Part shown: positions 8,506 through 17,021 of the stretch, in pieces
Position numbering within the stretch: position 1 is the stretch's first letter
Layout: every line of letters starts with the position of its first letter
Origin: Dehalococcoidia bacterium
GTDB lineage: Bacteria; Chloroflexota; Dehalococcoidia; Dehalococcoidales; RBG-16-60-22
Direction: 5' to 3'
DNA length: 38,276 nucleotides
NCBI GenBank assembly: GCA_041489355.1
Contig: JBGPRB010000003.1
Coordinates: 1-38,276, forward strand
Notes under the pieces: generated by a model
Told to the model about the DNA's origin: nothing
The model's database searches: none
The model's input: the letters and a program-made list of their open reading frames with translations, nothing else
Program-made: the position numbers and the translations under genes

Positions 8506-8611
8506 TCAGTTGTTAGTTATAAAGGAAACCGGCAGGATGGCAGTCAAAGGAGCATGATAGACAATGAATGAAGCAGTTGTATAACAGCTGGCCCGTCTGG
8601 ACCTGGACAGG

Positions 8612-9958
8612 ATGAAAGGCTATAAAGAACTGCTGGATTTCTATTTCGGACAGCAGTGGGAAGGCCGGGGGAGGCGGAACGAAAGGCGCCTGACATTTAA
8701 CTATGCCAAAGTATTTGTCGAGAAAATTACATCATATTTAATGGGAGGCATCAGCTTTGACGTCGTCCCATCCGGAGATACGGACAAGGAGAGGGAAAGC
8801 GCCAGAAGGGCGGAGGCCGCCATTTATAGAGTCTACGATCAGAGCCACCTGGAGCAACTCGACCTCGAGACGGAAACAGACTGCGCGGTGCTGGGTGACG
8901 GCTGCTATAAAGTTATCTGGGATGCGGTGGAGAAGAGGGTCAGGGTGACCGCTCCCGATGTCCAGGGTATATATGTATGGTGTTCCGGTGATGATACCTC
9001 AAGGATATGGAGGATAGCTTCCCGGTACAGGCTGTCCGCCGAAGAGGTGGAAAATATTTACGGCGTGAAACCCAAGAATAAGACAGCGGTGATAGTGGAG
9101 CTATGGACAGACCATGACTTCGAGCTGTATCTGGATAATGCTTTGCTGGAAGCTAAGCCAAATCCTTACGGATTTATTCCATTTGTCGTTTTCCCCAATC
9201 TTCGCGAACCGAAGAAGTTCTGGGGAGCCTCCGATTTGCCCCAGATAATGGAGAGCCAGCGAGAGCTGAACCGCGCCATGAGCCAGCTATCGCGCATACT
9301 GGAGCTGTCCGGGAACCCCATCGCCGTCCTGGAGAACGTGGAGGAGTCCGAGGATATCGCCATCAGGCCGGGGGCGGTATGGAATATCCCGGAGGATGCC
9401 AAAGCCTATCTGCTCGACCTGCTGCAGGGGGGCGGCGTAAATCTCCATATCAACTACATTGACCTGATATACCGCGCCCTGCACGATTTATCCGAGAGCC
9501 CGAGGTCTGCCTTCGGCGGTATGGAAAGGAACCTGTCCGGGGTAGCCCTTGAGATTGAGCTCCAGCCGTTGCTGCAGAAGGTCAGGAGAAAGAGGATTAT
9601 CAGAACAGCCGCCTATAACCGGCGTAATGAGATGATACTCAGCCTTCTGGAGAAATACGGAGGTGAGAATTTCGGTCCTTCAGCCGAAGGACATACGCGA
9701 GTTATCTGGGGGACGATACTGCCCAGGGACATGGAGACAAGAGTGAACAGCGAACAGGTCATGGTGCAGAACGGAATACACTCCCGGAGAACGGCCATGG
9801 GGGAGGTGGGGGTGAGGGACCCCGATTACGAATTCCAGCGGTGGCTGGAGGAGAGGGAGTCCATTCTTAAGATGAACAGAGAGCTTAACGCTAAATCCGC
9901 CAGGAGCGGAGCGAGAGAGAGTGCTTTACCGTACCGGGCGGAAGGCGTTGAGGAGTAA
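8612..9958 (+). CDS. Phage portal protein (SPP1 gp6-like); an upstream in-frame ATG at 8564 is cut off by TAA at 8582
   Basis: DFY.G.QW, LTFNYAKVFVEK..SYL, NPYGFIPFVVFPN, SGVAL motifs; about 450 aa; position before scaffold and capsid. Confidence 0.85.
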   Translation: MKGYKELLDFYFGQQWEGRGRRNERRLTFNYAKVFVEKITSYLMGGISFDVVPSGDTDKERESARRAEAAIYRVYDQSHLEQLDLETETDCAVLGDGCYKVIWDAVEKRVRVTAPDVQGIYVWCSGDDTSRIWRIASRYRLSAEEVENIYGVKPKNKTAVIVELWTDHDFELYLDNALLEAKPNPYGFIPFVVFPNLREPKKFWGASDLPQIMESQRELNRAMSQLSRILELSGNPIAVLENVEESEDIAIRPGAVWNIPEDAKAYLLDLLQGGGVNLHINYIDLIYRALHDLSESPRSAFGGMERNLSGVALEIELQPLLQKVRRKRIIRTAAYNRRNEMILSLLEKYGGENFGPSAEGHTRVIWGTILPRDMETRVNSEQVMVQNGIHSRRTAMGEVGVRDPDYEFQRWLEERESILKMNRELNAKSARSGARESALPYRAEGVEE

Positions 9959-9979
9959 TGAGCAGGAGGCAAGACTTTT

Positions 9980-10468
9980 ATGGAAAATGAACAGGAAAAG
10001 GTCGATGAGGTGGAGACTAACGGCAGCGAAATTGACAGTCTTAAGCTTGAGAAAGAGTCACTTGCACGTGAGCTTAAGTCCAGAGACGACGCAATCGCCA
10101 AACTGGAGCAGGCGCTGACCGGTAAGGACAGCGAGGTGACGGCCATGAAGCAGGCTCTGGATGATACCACGCAGAAGCTGAAAGATATGGGCGAGGTTCT
10201 ACCCAAAGCGGTCGCCGCCTATAAGGAAATCGTGGCCCAGGCGAACCCCGGCATCCTGGCCGAGATGATAAACGGGGACACAATCGAAGGAATAAACGAG
10301 TCCCTGAAGAATGCCCGGGCTCTCGTGGAAAGGGTCAGGCAGGAAGTGGGGGCGGAAGCTGCCAGGGTAAGGGTGCCGGGTGGCGCCCCGCAGAGGACAC
10401 CGCTGGACATGTCGGCCCTATCGCCACGGGAAAAGATTCAGTACGCCCTGGGGGGTTCGGCGTCCTGA
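9980..10468 (+). CDS. Probable capsid scaffolding protein
   Basis: Acidic coiled coil between portal and capsid genes; short C-terminal helix LSPREKIQYAL; SD AGGAGG. Confidence 0.65.
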   Translation: MENEQEKVDEVETNGSEIDSLKLEKESLARELKSRDDAIAKLEQALTGKDSEVTAMKQALDDTTQKLKDMGEVLPKAVAAYKEIVAQANPGILAEMINGDTIEGINESLKNARALVERVRQEVGAEAARVRVPGGAPQRTPLDMSALSPREKIQYALGGSAS

Positions 10469-10570
10469 TGAGGGGTGGTGGCGGGTGTGAGGTTACTGCG
10501 TCCACCTGAGGCGGACTGGCAGTAATCATCTGTAGAATCAGAAAAATATTATAAGTGAGGTAAAAGAAAA

Positions 10571-11491
10571 ATGGCTTTAACTTTAGCAGAAGCATCCAAA
10601 CTATCTAACGATATACTGATGCAGGGAGTGGTGGAGACCATCGTGAAGGACTCGCCGGTTCTCCAGAAGCTGCCCTTTGTCGAAATCGTGGGCAACGGTC
10701 TGACTTATAACCGGGAAAACACCCTGCCCAGTATCGATTTCTATGACGTGGGCGATACATGGACAGAATCGACGCCGACTTTCACACAGGTAACGGCCAA
10801 CCTGAAAATCATGGGCGGCGATGCCGATGTGGACAACTTCCTCAAGGCTACCCGCAACAATGTCCAGGACCTGGTGGCGGCCGTCATCGAGCTGAAGGCC
10901 AAGGCGCTCCAGCAAAAATTCGAGGACACCTTTATCTACGGCGATAGTTCCGTCAACGCCAAGCAGTATGACGGGCTGAGGAAGCTGATAAATACCGGCG
11001 TGGCGGGCAGCCAGGTGATAGCGATGGGGGCTACCGGCGCCACTTTGACCCTGGCCAAGCTGGACGAGCTGATTGACGCCGTAAGGGGCGGCAAGCCCGA
11101 TATGCTGCTGATGAGCCGGCGTTCCCGGCGCAAGATGAATGCCTTGGTCAGGGCGGCCGGTGGCATGATTGAGACCAACCAGGATAAATGGGGCAACTTC
11201 ATCCAGCTCTGGGACGGTGTACCCATCGGCGTGAACGACTGGATTCTGGACACGCATGTCCTCAGCGGCAGCGTGGAAACGGCTACCACCGGCGGCACCT
11301 GTTCCACCATATACGCTGTGCAGCTGGGGGAGGGGGCCCTCTGCGGCCTGACCAGCCCCGGCTACCTGCAGGCTGAGCCCATCGGCTCACTGGAGACCAA
11401 GGACGCCTCCAGGACCAGGGTGAAGTGGTATGTCTCCCTGGCGCTGTTCAGCTCAATCAAGGCAGCGGCCCTTATCGGCGTCCAGGACTAA
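10571..11491 (+). CDS. Phage major capsid protein (HK97 fold, epsilon15 gp7/BPP-1-like)
   Basis: ALTLAEA.KL...GVVE.I...SP.L..LPF..I.GN...YNRE..LP, DVDNF, FIYGD.....YDGL motifs; 306 aa with no delta domain. Confidence 0.88.
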   Translation: MALTLAEASKLSNDILMQGVVETIVKDSPVLQKLPFVEIVGNGLTYNRENTLPSIDFYDVGDTWTESTPTFTQVTANLKIMGGDADVDNFLKATRNNVQDLVAAVIELKAKALQQKFEDTFIYGDSSVNAKQYDGLRKLINTGVAGSQVIAMGATGATLTLAKLDELIDAVRGGKPDMLLMSRRSRRKMNALVRAAGGMIETNQDKWGNFIQLWDGVPIGVNDWILDTHVLSGSVETATTGGTCSTIYAVQLGEGALCGLTSPGYLQAEPIGSLETKDASRTRVKWYVSLALFSSIKAAALIGVQD

Positions 11492-11512
11492 TACTTGACA
11501 TAAAATATGATT

Positions 11513-11541
11513 AGGGGGTCTCGATTCTATCGGGGCCCCCT
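11513..11541 (+). terminator. Stem-loop after the capsid gene (attenuator or mRNA stabiliser)
   Basis: AGGGGGTCTCGAT-TCT-ATCGGGGCCCCCT, 13-bp stem with two G-U pairs and no long U tract. Confidence 0.5.
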
Positions 11542-11554
11542 TGAGGAGGAAGAA

Positions 11555-12088
11555 ATGGTTCACCAAGAGAATTCAACACGGATGGAAAGAAGAGAATCAG
11601 CGAGATGGCTATGCCGGTTCCAGCTCAGAAAGTACCGGGAGAACATTGACCTGTACCGGGGCCGCGAAGACAACTTTCACCGTCTTTTTAAGCCTTACGA
11701 GGTTATCGAGGGGGAGGGGAACTGCTTGCTTAACACGGGCATCGACGAGATGTGGGACCTGATTGCGGGCGACTCGGCCAATCACTTTAACAACGCCAGC
11801 TCTCAAATCGGCGTCGGCGATAGCAACACGGCGGCCAGTCCGTCCCAGACGGACTTACAGGCAGCCACCAATAAGACCTACAAGAGTATGGATACCGGCT
11901 ATCCCACATCCACCAGCCAGAAGGCAACCTTCAAGGCCAGCTTTGGTTCCGATGACGCCAATTACGCCTGGAACGAGTGGGTGGTCAAGCAGGCGACCAG
12001 CGCCAAGTGCCTGAACCGCAAGGTGGAAAGCCTCGGCACGAAAAGCGGCGGCACCTGGACGCTGGAAGTAAGCATCACTCTATCGTGA
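11555..12088 (+). CDS. Putative virion structural protein
   Basis: N.LLNTG..., IGVGDSNTAASPSQTDL, F..SFGSDDANYAWNE, LNRKV...GTK resemble phage tail/baseplate-associated proteins; ATG 11555 after GAGGAGG. Confidence 0.6.
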   Translation: MVHQENSTRMERRESARWLCRFQLRKYRENIDLYRGREDNFHRLFKPYEVIEGEGNCLLNTGIDEMWDLIAGDSANHFNNASSQIGVGDSNTAASPSQTDLQAATNKTYKSMDTGYPTSTSQKATFKASFGSDDANYAWNEWVVKQATSAKCLNRKVESLGTKSGGTWTLEVSITLS

Positions 12089-12130
12089 TGATTCATTACG
12101 GGGATTCATTACGAGAGATTGGAGACGGCA

Positions 12131-14101
12131 GTGGCGGAGATAGAAAAGGTAACCGATCCGACTAAAATGGTCACCGACCCCGTAGTGCTTGACGTGTTAG
12201 CGAAGCAGAAGATAGATAAAGATTACGTCCTTCTGCTGCAGGATTACGGCAAGCGTATCAAAGGTGTCAGCTCACCCTATGCCAGGTTTTACCGTGACCT
12301 GAAGTCCGGAAAGGGGCTGATGGTTGTCTCCGGACTGCCGATGGTTGACGCCTACGGGTTCGGGCATGAGTTGCAGTGGACGGATAAGAACGGCGTCATC
12401 GAGAACGGCAACAATATCTTCCACAGCGCTATCGATAAAGGTGCGGTACGCCTGATTGCCCTCAGCGACCAGCCAAACGGAGCGAAAAAGGACGACGAGG
12501 TAAACTTTCATCCGCAGCTATTCATTAGTGGTGTGGAGATTCTGCCTTTGTCGGATATGCCCAAGTTACTGGAGACCGACTCCATCAATGAGAACTACCA
12601 TTACAATGTCCTTGAATGGGACTTTGGAGTATGTCTGCGCAGGGTCAGACTAATTGAGGGACGTTTTCTCGGTTCATGGGTGTTCTTGACCAACCCTAAA
12701 GGCGATGTCCTTATCAAGTATAATCAGTCTGGCAAACTTAAGTTGCGACTCCAGTATGCTAGAGACGAAGATACAGAATTTGTACCGAAGGAGTTTTTTT
12801 ACGAGGCCGAGGCATATCCCCTCACTATCTCGGATAACCTTACATTCTATCCTGACGCTGACCCTGAGACTTCTTCTGTTGATGGGAGAGTACAGCAAGC
12901 CTCCACAAATATTGCCTGGGGCACTCTTGTGGGTGCTGCGGGTTCCCAGGCTTACCCTTCTGAGGCTTCCAGCGATATACGATTTTTAGCTGGCTCGACA
13001 ACTGACCTCTGGGACCGTATTTATCGTCTCATTACTCTTTTTGATACCAGCAACCTGCCCGATACTGCCAGCATATCTGCCGCTACACTTTCCCTGCATG
13101 GTAAGGTGGGTAAAACGGACGGATGTTTAGCAACTCCGACTGTTAATGTATATTCGTCTAATCCTGCCAACAATAATAACTTGGTAGCAGCAGACTACGC
13201 TACTCTAGGCACAACCGCCTTTTGTGATTCTCCAATTGCGTATGCCGATTGGGTTGAGGGTGGAACTGCGAATATTTACTACAATGACTTTGCACTCAAT
13301 GCGTCAGGTATTGCGGCCATAAGCACAATTGGAGTGTCCAAGTTTGGTTTCCGCTTCAACTATGACGCAACCAGTACCGCACCTAATTGGGTATCAGTAG
13401 GTTCAACCCTCATATCAGTTTATACGACAGAGAAAGGTGCAGGGTTCCAGCCCAAACTGGTGGTGACTTATAGCTCTACCATCGAGAAAATCTCATCGGA
13501 AACCGGCTCGGGGGCTGAGGTGATAACATCGGGCAATCCCATTGTCGTGACGAGCGGCGCGGAGGCAGGTTCCGGGTTAGAATCTCTAGGAAGCCGTGAC
13601 CTGGGGCAAATCGAAACAGGTTCCGGGTTAGAATCTTTAGGAAGCCGTGATCTGGGGCAAATAGAGACAGGTTCCGGGTTAGAATCTCTGGAAAGCCGTG
13701 ATCTGGGGCAAACCGAGGCAGGTTCCGGGTTAGAATCTCTAGGAAGCCGTGACCTGGGGCAAATCGAAACAGGTTCCGGGTTAGAATCTGTCGGGAGCCG
13801 TGATTTTGGGCAAACCGAAGCAGGGTCAGGGCTTGATATTTCCTCTCTTTTGGCGGCATTTACAGGATATGACATTGGTTCAGGCATGGAAGCAGCTCTT
13901 AAAATTGCTGCTTTCATCTCAGGCGATGGGGGGGTCGGCTCAGAACTCAGCTGGATGCTGAAAGAAGCCCTGGCGGGTGACAGAGGCGGTGGTTACGATG
14001 CCCTGAAGGCCCTGATAAAGGCAGCGGGTTCGGGCTCTGATATGAGATTAACCATCCACCAGGGCCAGGTGGCCAGACCTAACAAGGAGGTAGATTTATG
14101 A
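12131..14101 (+). CDS. Large mosaic virion protein (fibre/adhesin-like) with central DNRLRE-like domain and C-terminal 17-aa repeats
   Basis: GTG 12131 after GGAG (ORF open from 12119); LFDTSNLPDTASISAATLSL...PKLVVTY; repeats GSGLESLGSRDLGQIET; ATGA overlap with next gene. Confidence 0.6.
   Translation: MAEIEKVTDPTKMVTDPVVLDVLAKQKIDKDYVLLLQDYGKRIKGVSSPYARFYRDLKSGKGLMVVSGLPMVDAYGFGHELQWTDKNGVIENGNNIFHSAIDKGAVRLIALSDQPNGAKKDDEVNFHPQLFISGVEILPLSDMPKLLETDSINENYHYNVLEWDFGVCLRRVRLIEGRFLGSWVFLTNPKGDVLIKYNQSGKLKLRLQYARDEDTEFVPKEFFYEAEAYPLTISDNLTFYPDADPETSSVDGRVQQASTNIAWGTLVGAAGSQAYPSEASSDIRFLAGSTTDLWDRIYRLITLFDTSNLPDTASISAATLSLHGKVGKTDGCLATPTVNVYSSNPANNNNLVAADYATLGTTAFCDSPIAYADWVEGGTANIYYNDFALNASGIAAISTIGVSKFGFRFNYDATSTAPNWVSVGSTLISVYTTEKGAGFQPKLVVTYSSTIEKISSETGSGAEVITSGNPIVVTSGAEAGSGLESLGSRDLGQIETGSGLESLGSRDLGQIETGSGLESLESRDLGQTEAGSGLESLGSRDLGQIETGSGLESVGSRDFGQTEAGSGLDISSLLAAFTGYDIGSGMEAALKIAAFISGDGGVGSELSWMLKEALAGDRGGGYDALKALIKAAGSGSDMRLTIHQGQVARPNKEVDL
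13566..13834 (+). repeat. In-frame 51-bp tandem repeat, 5 full copies plus a degenerate sixth
   Basis: Units start at 13566, 13617, 13668, 13719, 13770, 13821; units 1 and 4 are identical. Confidence 0.95.
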
Positions 14102-14730
14102 ATTTAACCGAGATGATATCCCTGGTCAGGAGTGACCTGCACGATGAAGCCAGCGGCAATTATCGCTGGTCGGACGCCGAGCTCACCAGGCACATCAACC
14201 GGGCGGTGGCGGAGCTTTCCGAGGGCCTGCCCCTGCCGGCTAAAGCTACCCTGCCCACGGCGGCCGGTTCGAGAGAACTCGATATCTCTGGCCTATCTGA
14301 CCGGATAATGGTTGCCGCCGTGGAGTATCCGGTGGGGTCCAGCCCGCCAGATTATCAGCAGTTTTCCATCTGGGGCGACATGCTGACTATCGTGAGCGGC
14401 AGCCTGCCCGAAGGCTCTAACTGCTATGTTTATTACGGCGTCCGGCATACCCTGGATGACGAGGGTTCGACAATCCCGGTTAAGTACGAGGATTTGGTCG
14501 CCAGCGGGGCCTGCGGTTATGCCGCCATCGAGTGGGCAGCCTATGCTATCAACCGGGTCAATGTGGGGGGTACGGTAACGCCCAGGGAGTTCCTCGACTG
14601 GGGAAACCAGAAACTCAAAGATTTCCGGCAGGAGTTGAGACGGCTGGGGAGGCGAAATCGTATCAGGATAAGCTCTCTTTACAGCCTCTATAATCACGCC
14701 GCCTCCACGTCAATTGACTACGGCCCTTAA
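14098..14730 (+). CDS. Probable head-tail adaptor / head-completion protein
   Basis: MNL.EM...VR..L.D......RWSDAEL..HINRA N-terminus typical of phage adaptor proteins. Confidence 0.65.
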   Translation: MNLTEMISLVRSDLHDEASGNYRWSDAELTRHINRAVAELSEGLPLPAKATLPTAAGSRELDISGLSDRIMVAAVEYPVGSSPPDYQQFSIWGDMLTIVSGSLPEGSNCYVYYGVRHTLDDEGSTIPVKYEDLVASGACGYAAIEWAAYAINRVNVGGTVTPREFLDWGNQKLKDFRQELRRLGRRNRIRISSLYSLYNHAASTSIDYGP

Positions 14731-14754
14731 TTTACCGCGATACGGAGTAAGAAG

Positions 14755-16758
14755 ATGCGTACATTGACGTCGACATTACTGGCCGCCCAGAAGCAGGAAG
14801 CTTCGATTCCCTGTGCTAAGATTGAAGCCGTAAGCAAGATTACCGGCGTGGTCAGGTACGATTGGTCCAGACTTTATGATGGCTCCGAACCTGACTACTT
14901 TCATGCCCTGACGATGCCCGGCGATGGCTCCCTGGTCAGGGCCAGGATAACACTGCCCGCCGATTCCAGGAAGCTCTACCGCCAGCGGGTGGCTAACCCC
15001 GGCCCGTGGAGCGACTTCAGCCAGTGGACCTATACCAGCCAGTATAATGCCGTCGTGGCGGCGGCGGCTTCCCTGGGGGCTGAAGTCTCGATATTCTGGA
15101 TAAACACCAGCCGGGAAATCAGGCGCATCAAAAGCACGGACTACGGTGTGAACTGGGGCAGCCCCGAGCTTATCGATTATTCACCGACAACCGCTATTTA
15201 CGGCCTGGCGGCCGCTTATAAGCCCGGCGGCAACCTGGCAATCTTTTTCGCTGACCAGTCGACCCTGTATGTCAAGAAGAATATCAGCGGGGCGTGGCAG
15301 ACGAAGGCGGCCTGGGATAAGGCGACCGGTAGTCTATCGGGTATCGCCGGCGCCTACGATGGCGACTGGAATCTGCTGGTCACCGGCAAAGATACGGCGG
15401 GAAACTACAAGCTATGGAGCCTGGTATATGGGGACGGCGGGGATGTCGCCATCGGTAGCTGGTCAGTCCTGAAAGAGCTTGCCTCGGCCCCTTCCGGCGG
15501 CGATTTCGAGTATAAACAGCCGTTCCTCGATAGGACGGACGTTTATCGCTGTTTCTTTATCGAGAAGTTCGCCGGCACCGAGGCTTACAGCCGTCCTTTC
15601 CGGTCTCAGGCTGTTCCCGGTGCGCATTTTGTCGATGGCCTGTGGCGGGAGCCGGCGCCGTTCAATCTATCTTCGGATTATGGTCTGGCCATGGCTCATT
15701 ACGGCGATTATGGCTGGTTTTCCAGTCCTGATAGCGTCTGGAGAGCTTCACTGACCGCCAGCAGTCTTGACCTGACGGCGGACGTCATCAGCGTCAGGCA
15801 GGAACTGGGTAAGACTTCGGGCGGTTTAACCGTGGAGTTGAGGAATGATGACGGGAGGTATGCATCTCCGGGGCAGGGTGACCTGGCGGCCATGGACATC
15901 GGCTGCCAGCTGGAGTTCAGTCCCGGCTGCATAACTGCTAATGGCAGCGAGTACAGTAGCGGACTGAGCTTTTACCTCGAATCTCTGGAGCACACCAGCG
16001 CCGGCGGCAGGGCCAGTCTAATTCTTCACGCCAGGGACGGCTGGGGGGCGCTGGGTGACTGGAAAGCCAGACACCAGTTCCGCTGGAACAAGACCTCTGA
16101 CGACATGTGCGTAAAGGATATTATCGCGGTTATTCTGGCCAGGGTGGGTCTGAAGCTGGAGGTAAAATCACAGTCATCGACGATAACGGGGTTTTACCCG
16201 GATTTCACGTTAAATCCAGATGACAACGGCAGGGCGGTGATAATTAAGCTGCTGTCTTTCGTTCCCGATGTATTATTTATCGAAGGTAATAAGGCTTATA
16301 TCGTCAACCCGCTGTCTTCCGATGGTACGGAATACAGTTATGGCGTCGAGCACCAGATTAAAGAGGGCAGGTACGGGCGGGGAGCCTTGGGAATTAACAG
16401 GGTACAGGTCGAGGGGTATGATACCGGCACCAGCCATTTAATACTGGTGAATAGCTTCGCCTGGAGTGAGATAGACCGACTTTACGACCGGCTGTACCAG
16501 ATTGAGGATAGGAATTTAAATAGCGTGGACGAGGCCCAGCAGCGCGGGCAGGCTCATTTAAGGCAGATGGAGATAGAAGCGACTGAGGGCATGATTATAG
16601 TTCCGGTGAACTGCGGGCAGCAGCTATATGACGTCATCGATGTGACCGATACGCGGGCCGGACTTGATGCGGTAAAGAAAAGAGTCCTGGGACTGGTCCT
16701 GGTTTATAATCCTCAGCGCGGCGAATACTTCCAGCGTCTGGAGCTGGGAGGGGTATAG
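14755..16758 (+). CDS. Putative tail tip / baseplate hub-like virion protein
   Basis: Beta-rich 667 aa with a BNR-like STDYGVNW motif; C-terminal INRVQVEG...EA..R....L......G...VP.N...QLYDVI.V resembles hub/Tal folds (inference). Confidence 0.5.
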   Translation: MRTLTSTLLAAQKQEASIPCAKIEAVSKITGVVRYDWSRLYDGSEPDYFHALTMPGDGSLVRARITLPADSRKLYRQRVANPGPWSDFSQWTYTSQYNAVVAAAASLGAEVSIFWINTSREIRRIKSTDYGVNWGSPELIDYSPTTAIYGLAAAYKPGGNLAIFFADQSTLYVKKNISGAWQTKAAWDKATGSLSGIAGAYDGDWNLLVTGKDTAGNYKLWSLVYGDGGDVAIGSWSVLKELASAPSGGDFEYKQPFLDRTDVYRCFFIEKFAGTEAYSRPFRSQAVPGAHFVDGLWREPAPFNLSSDYGLAMAHYGDYGWFSSPDSVWRASLTASSLDLTADVISVRQELGKTSGGLTVELRNDDGRYASPGQGDLAAMDIGCQLEFSPGCITANGSEYSSGLSFYLESLEHTSAGGRASLILHARDGWGALGDWKARHQFRWNKTSDDMCVKDIIAVILARVGLKLEVKSQSSTITGFYPDFTLNPDDNGRAVIIKLLSFVPDVLFIEGNKAYIVNPLSSDGTEYSYGVEHQIKEGRYGRGALGINRVQVEGYDTGTSHLILVNSFAWSEIDRLYDRLYQIEDRNLNSVDEAQQRGQAHLRQMEIEATEGMIIVPVNCGQQLYDVIDVTDTRAGLDAVKKRVLGLVLVYNPQRGEYFQRLELGGV

Positions 16759-16783
16759 GCATTGTCTGAAGGGGGCACGGGAA

Positions 16784-16996
16784 ATGAGGTTGAAGAAAGC
16801 GGAGCTAAGGAGTTTTAATTCCGGCAATTACACGGCTACTGTCCGACTTGCCAGCAGCTATAAGGTCTACCTGGAGGATGTAGCTGTGGCCAGGAATCTG
16901 ACGTCAGCGGAAATGATTACAGGACGGAAGGTTGCCGTGATATTTTTTGATGAGAATAGCCCCAAGGAAGCGGTGGTGGTGGCGGTCTATACTTAA
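16784..16996 (+). CDS. Small protein, possible OB-fold spike/tip component
   Basis: ATVRL......LEDVAV......GRKVAVIFFDENSPKEAVVVAVY resembles gp5/gpV N-terminal OB folds; last gene of the cluster. Confidence 0.5.
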   Translation: MRLKKAELRSFNSGNYTATVRLASSYKVYLEDVAVARNLTSAEMITGRKVAVIFFDENSPKEAVVVAVYT

Positions 16997-17021
16997 GCTG
17001 GGGATTCTATCTGTAGCAGAG

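Larger units (their letters stand above)
8182..16996 (+). mobile_element. Phage-derived virion gene cluster (GTA-like or domesticated prophage head module)
   Basis: Co-oriented regulator, portal, scaffold, capsid, structural, adaptor, hub and spike-like genes; no integrase, terminase, replication or lysis gene in the window. Confidence 0.75.

Noticed and set aside
10571-11491. Encapsulin nanocompartment
   Set aside because: The capsid gene is accompanied by portal, scaffold and adaptor genes and no cargo enzyme, which fits a virion head
12090-12113. Direct repeat GATTCATTACG x2 as a possible att or insertion scar
   Set aside because: Only 11 bp, adjacent copies, and no matching copy noticed at the other end of any segment; likely a local duplication
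13566-13834. Possible CRISPR array
   Set aside because: Units are contiguous 51-bp in-frame coding repeats with no unique spacers, and no cas genes are present
10571-14101. Diversity-generating retroelement (suggested by the BPP-1-like capsid)
   Set aside because: No reverse transcriptase and no adenine-specific TR/VR repeat pair found in the window
7812-16996. Complete inducible prophage
   Set aside because: No integrase, att-like flanking repeats, terminase, replication or lysis genes seen; flanks are cellular genes
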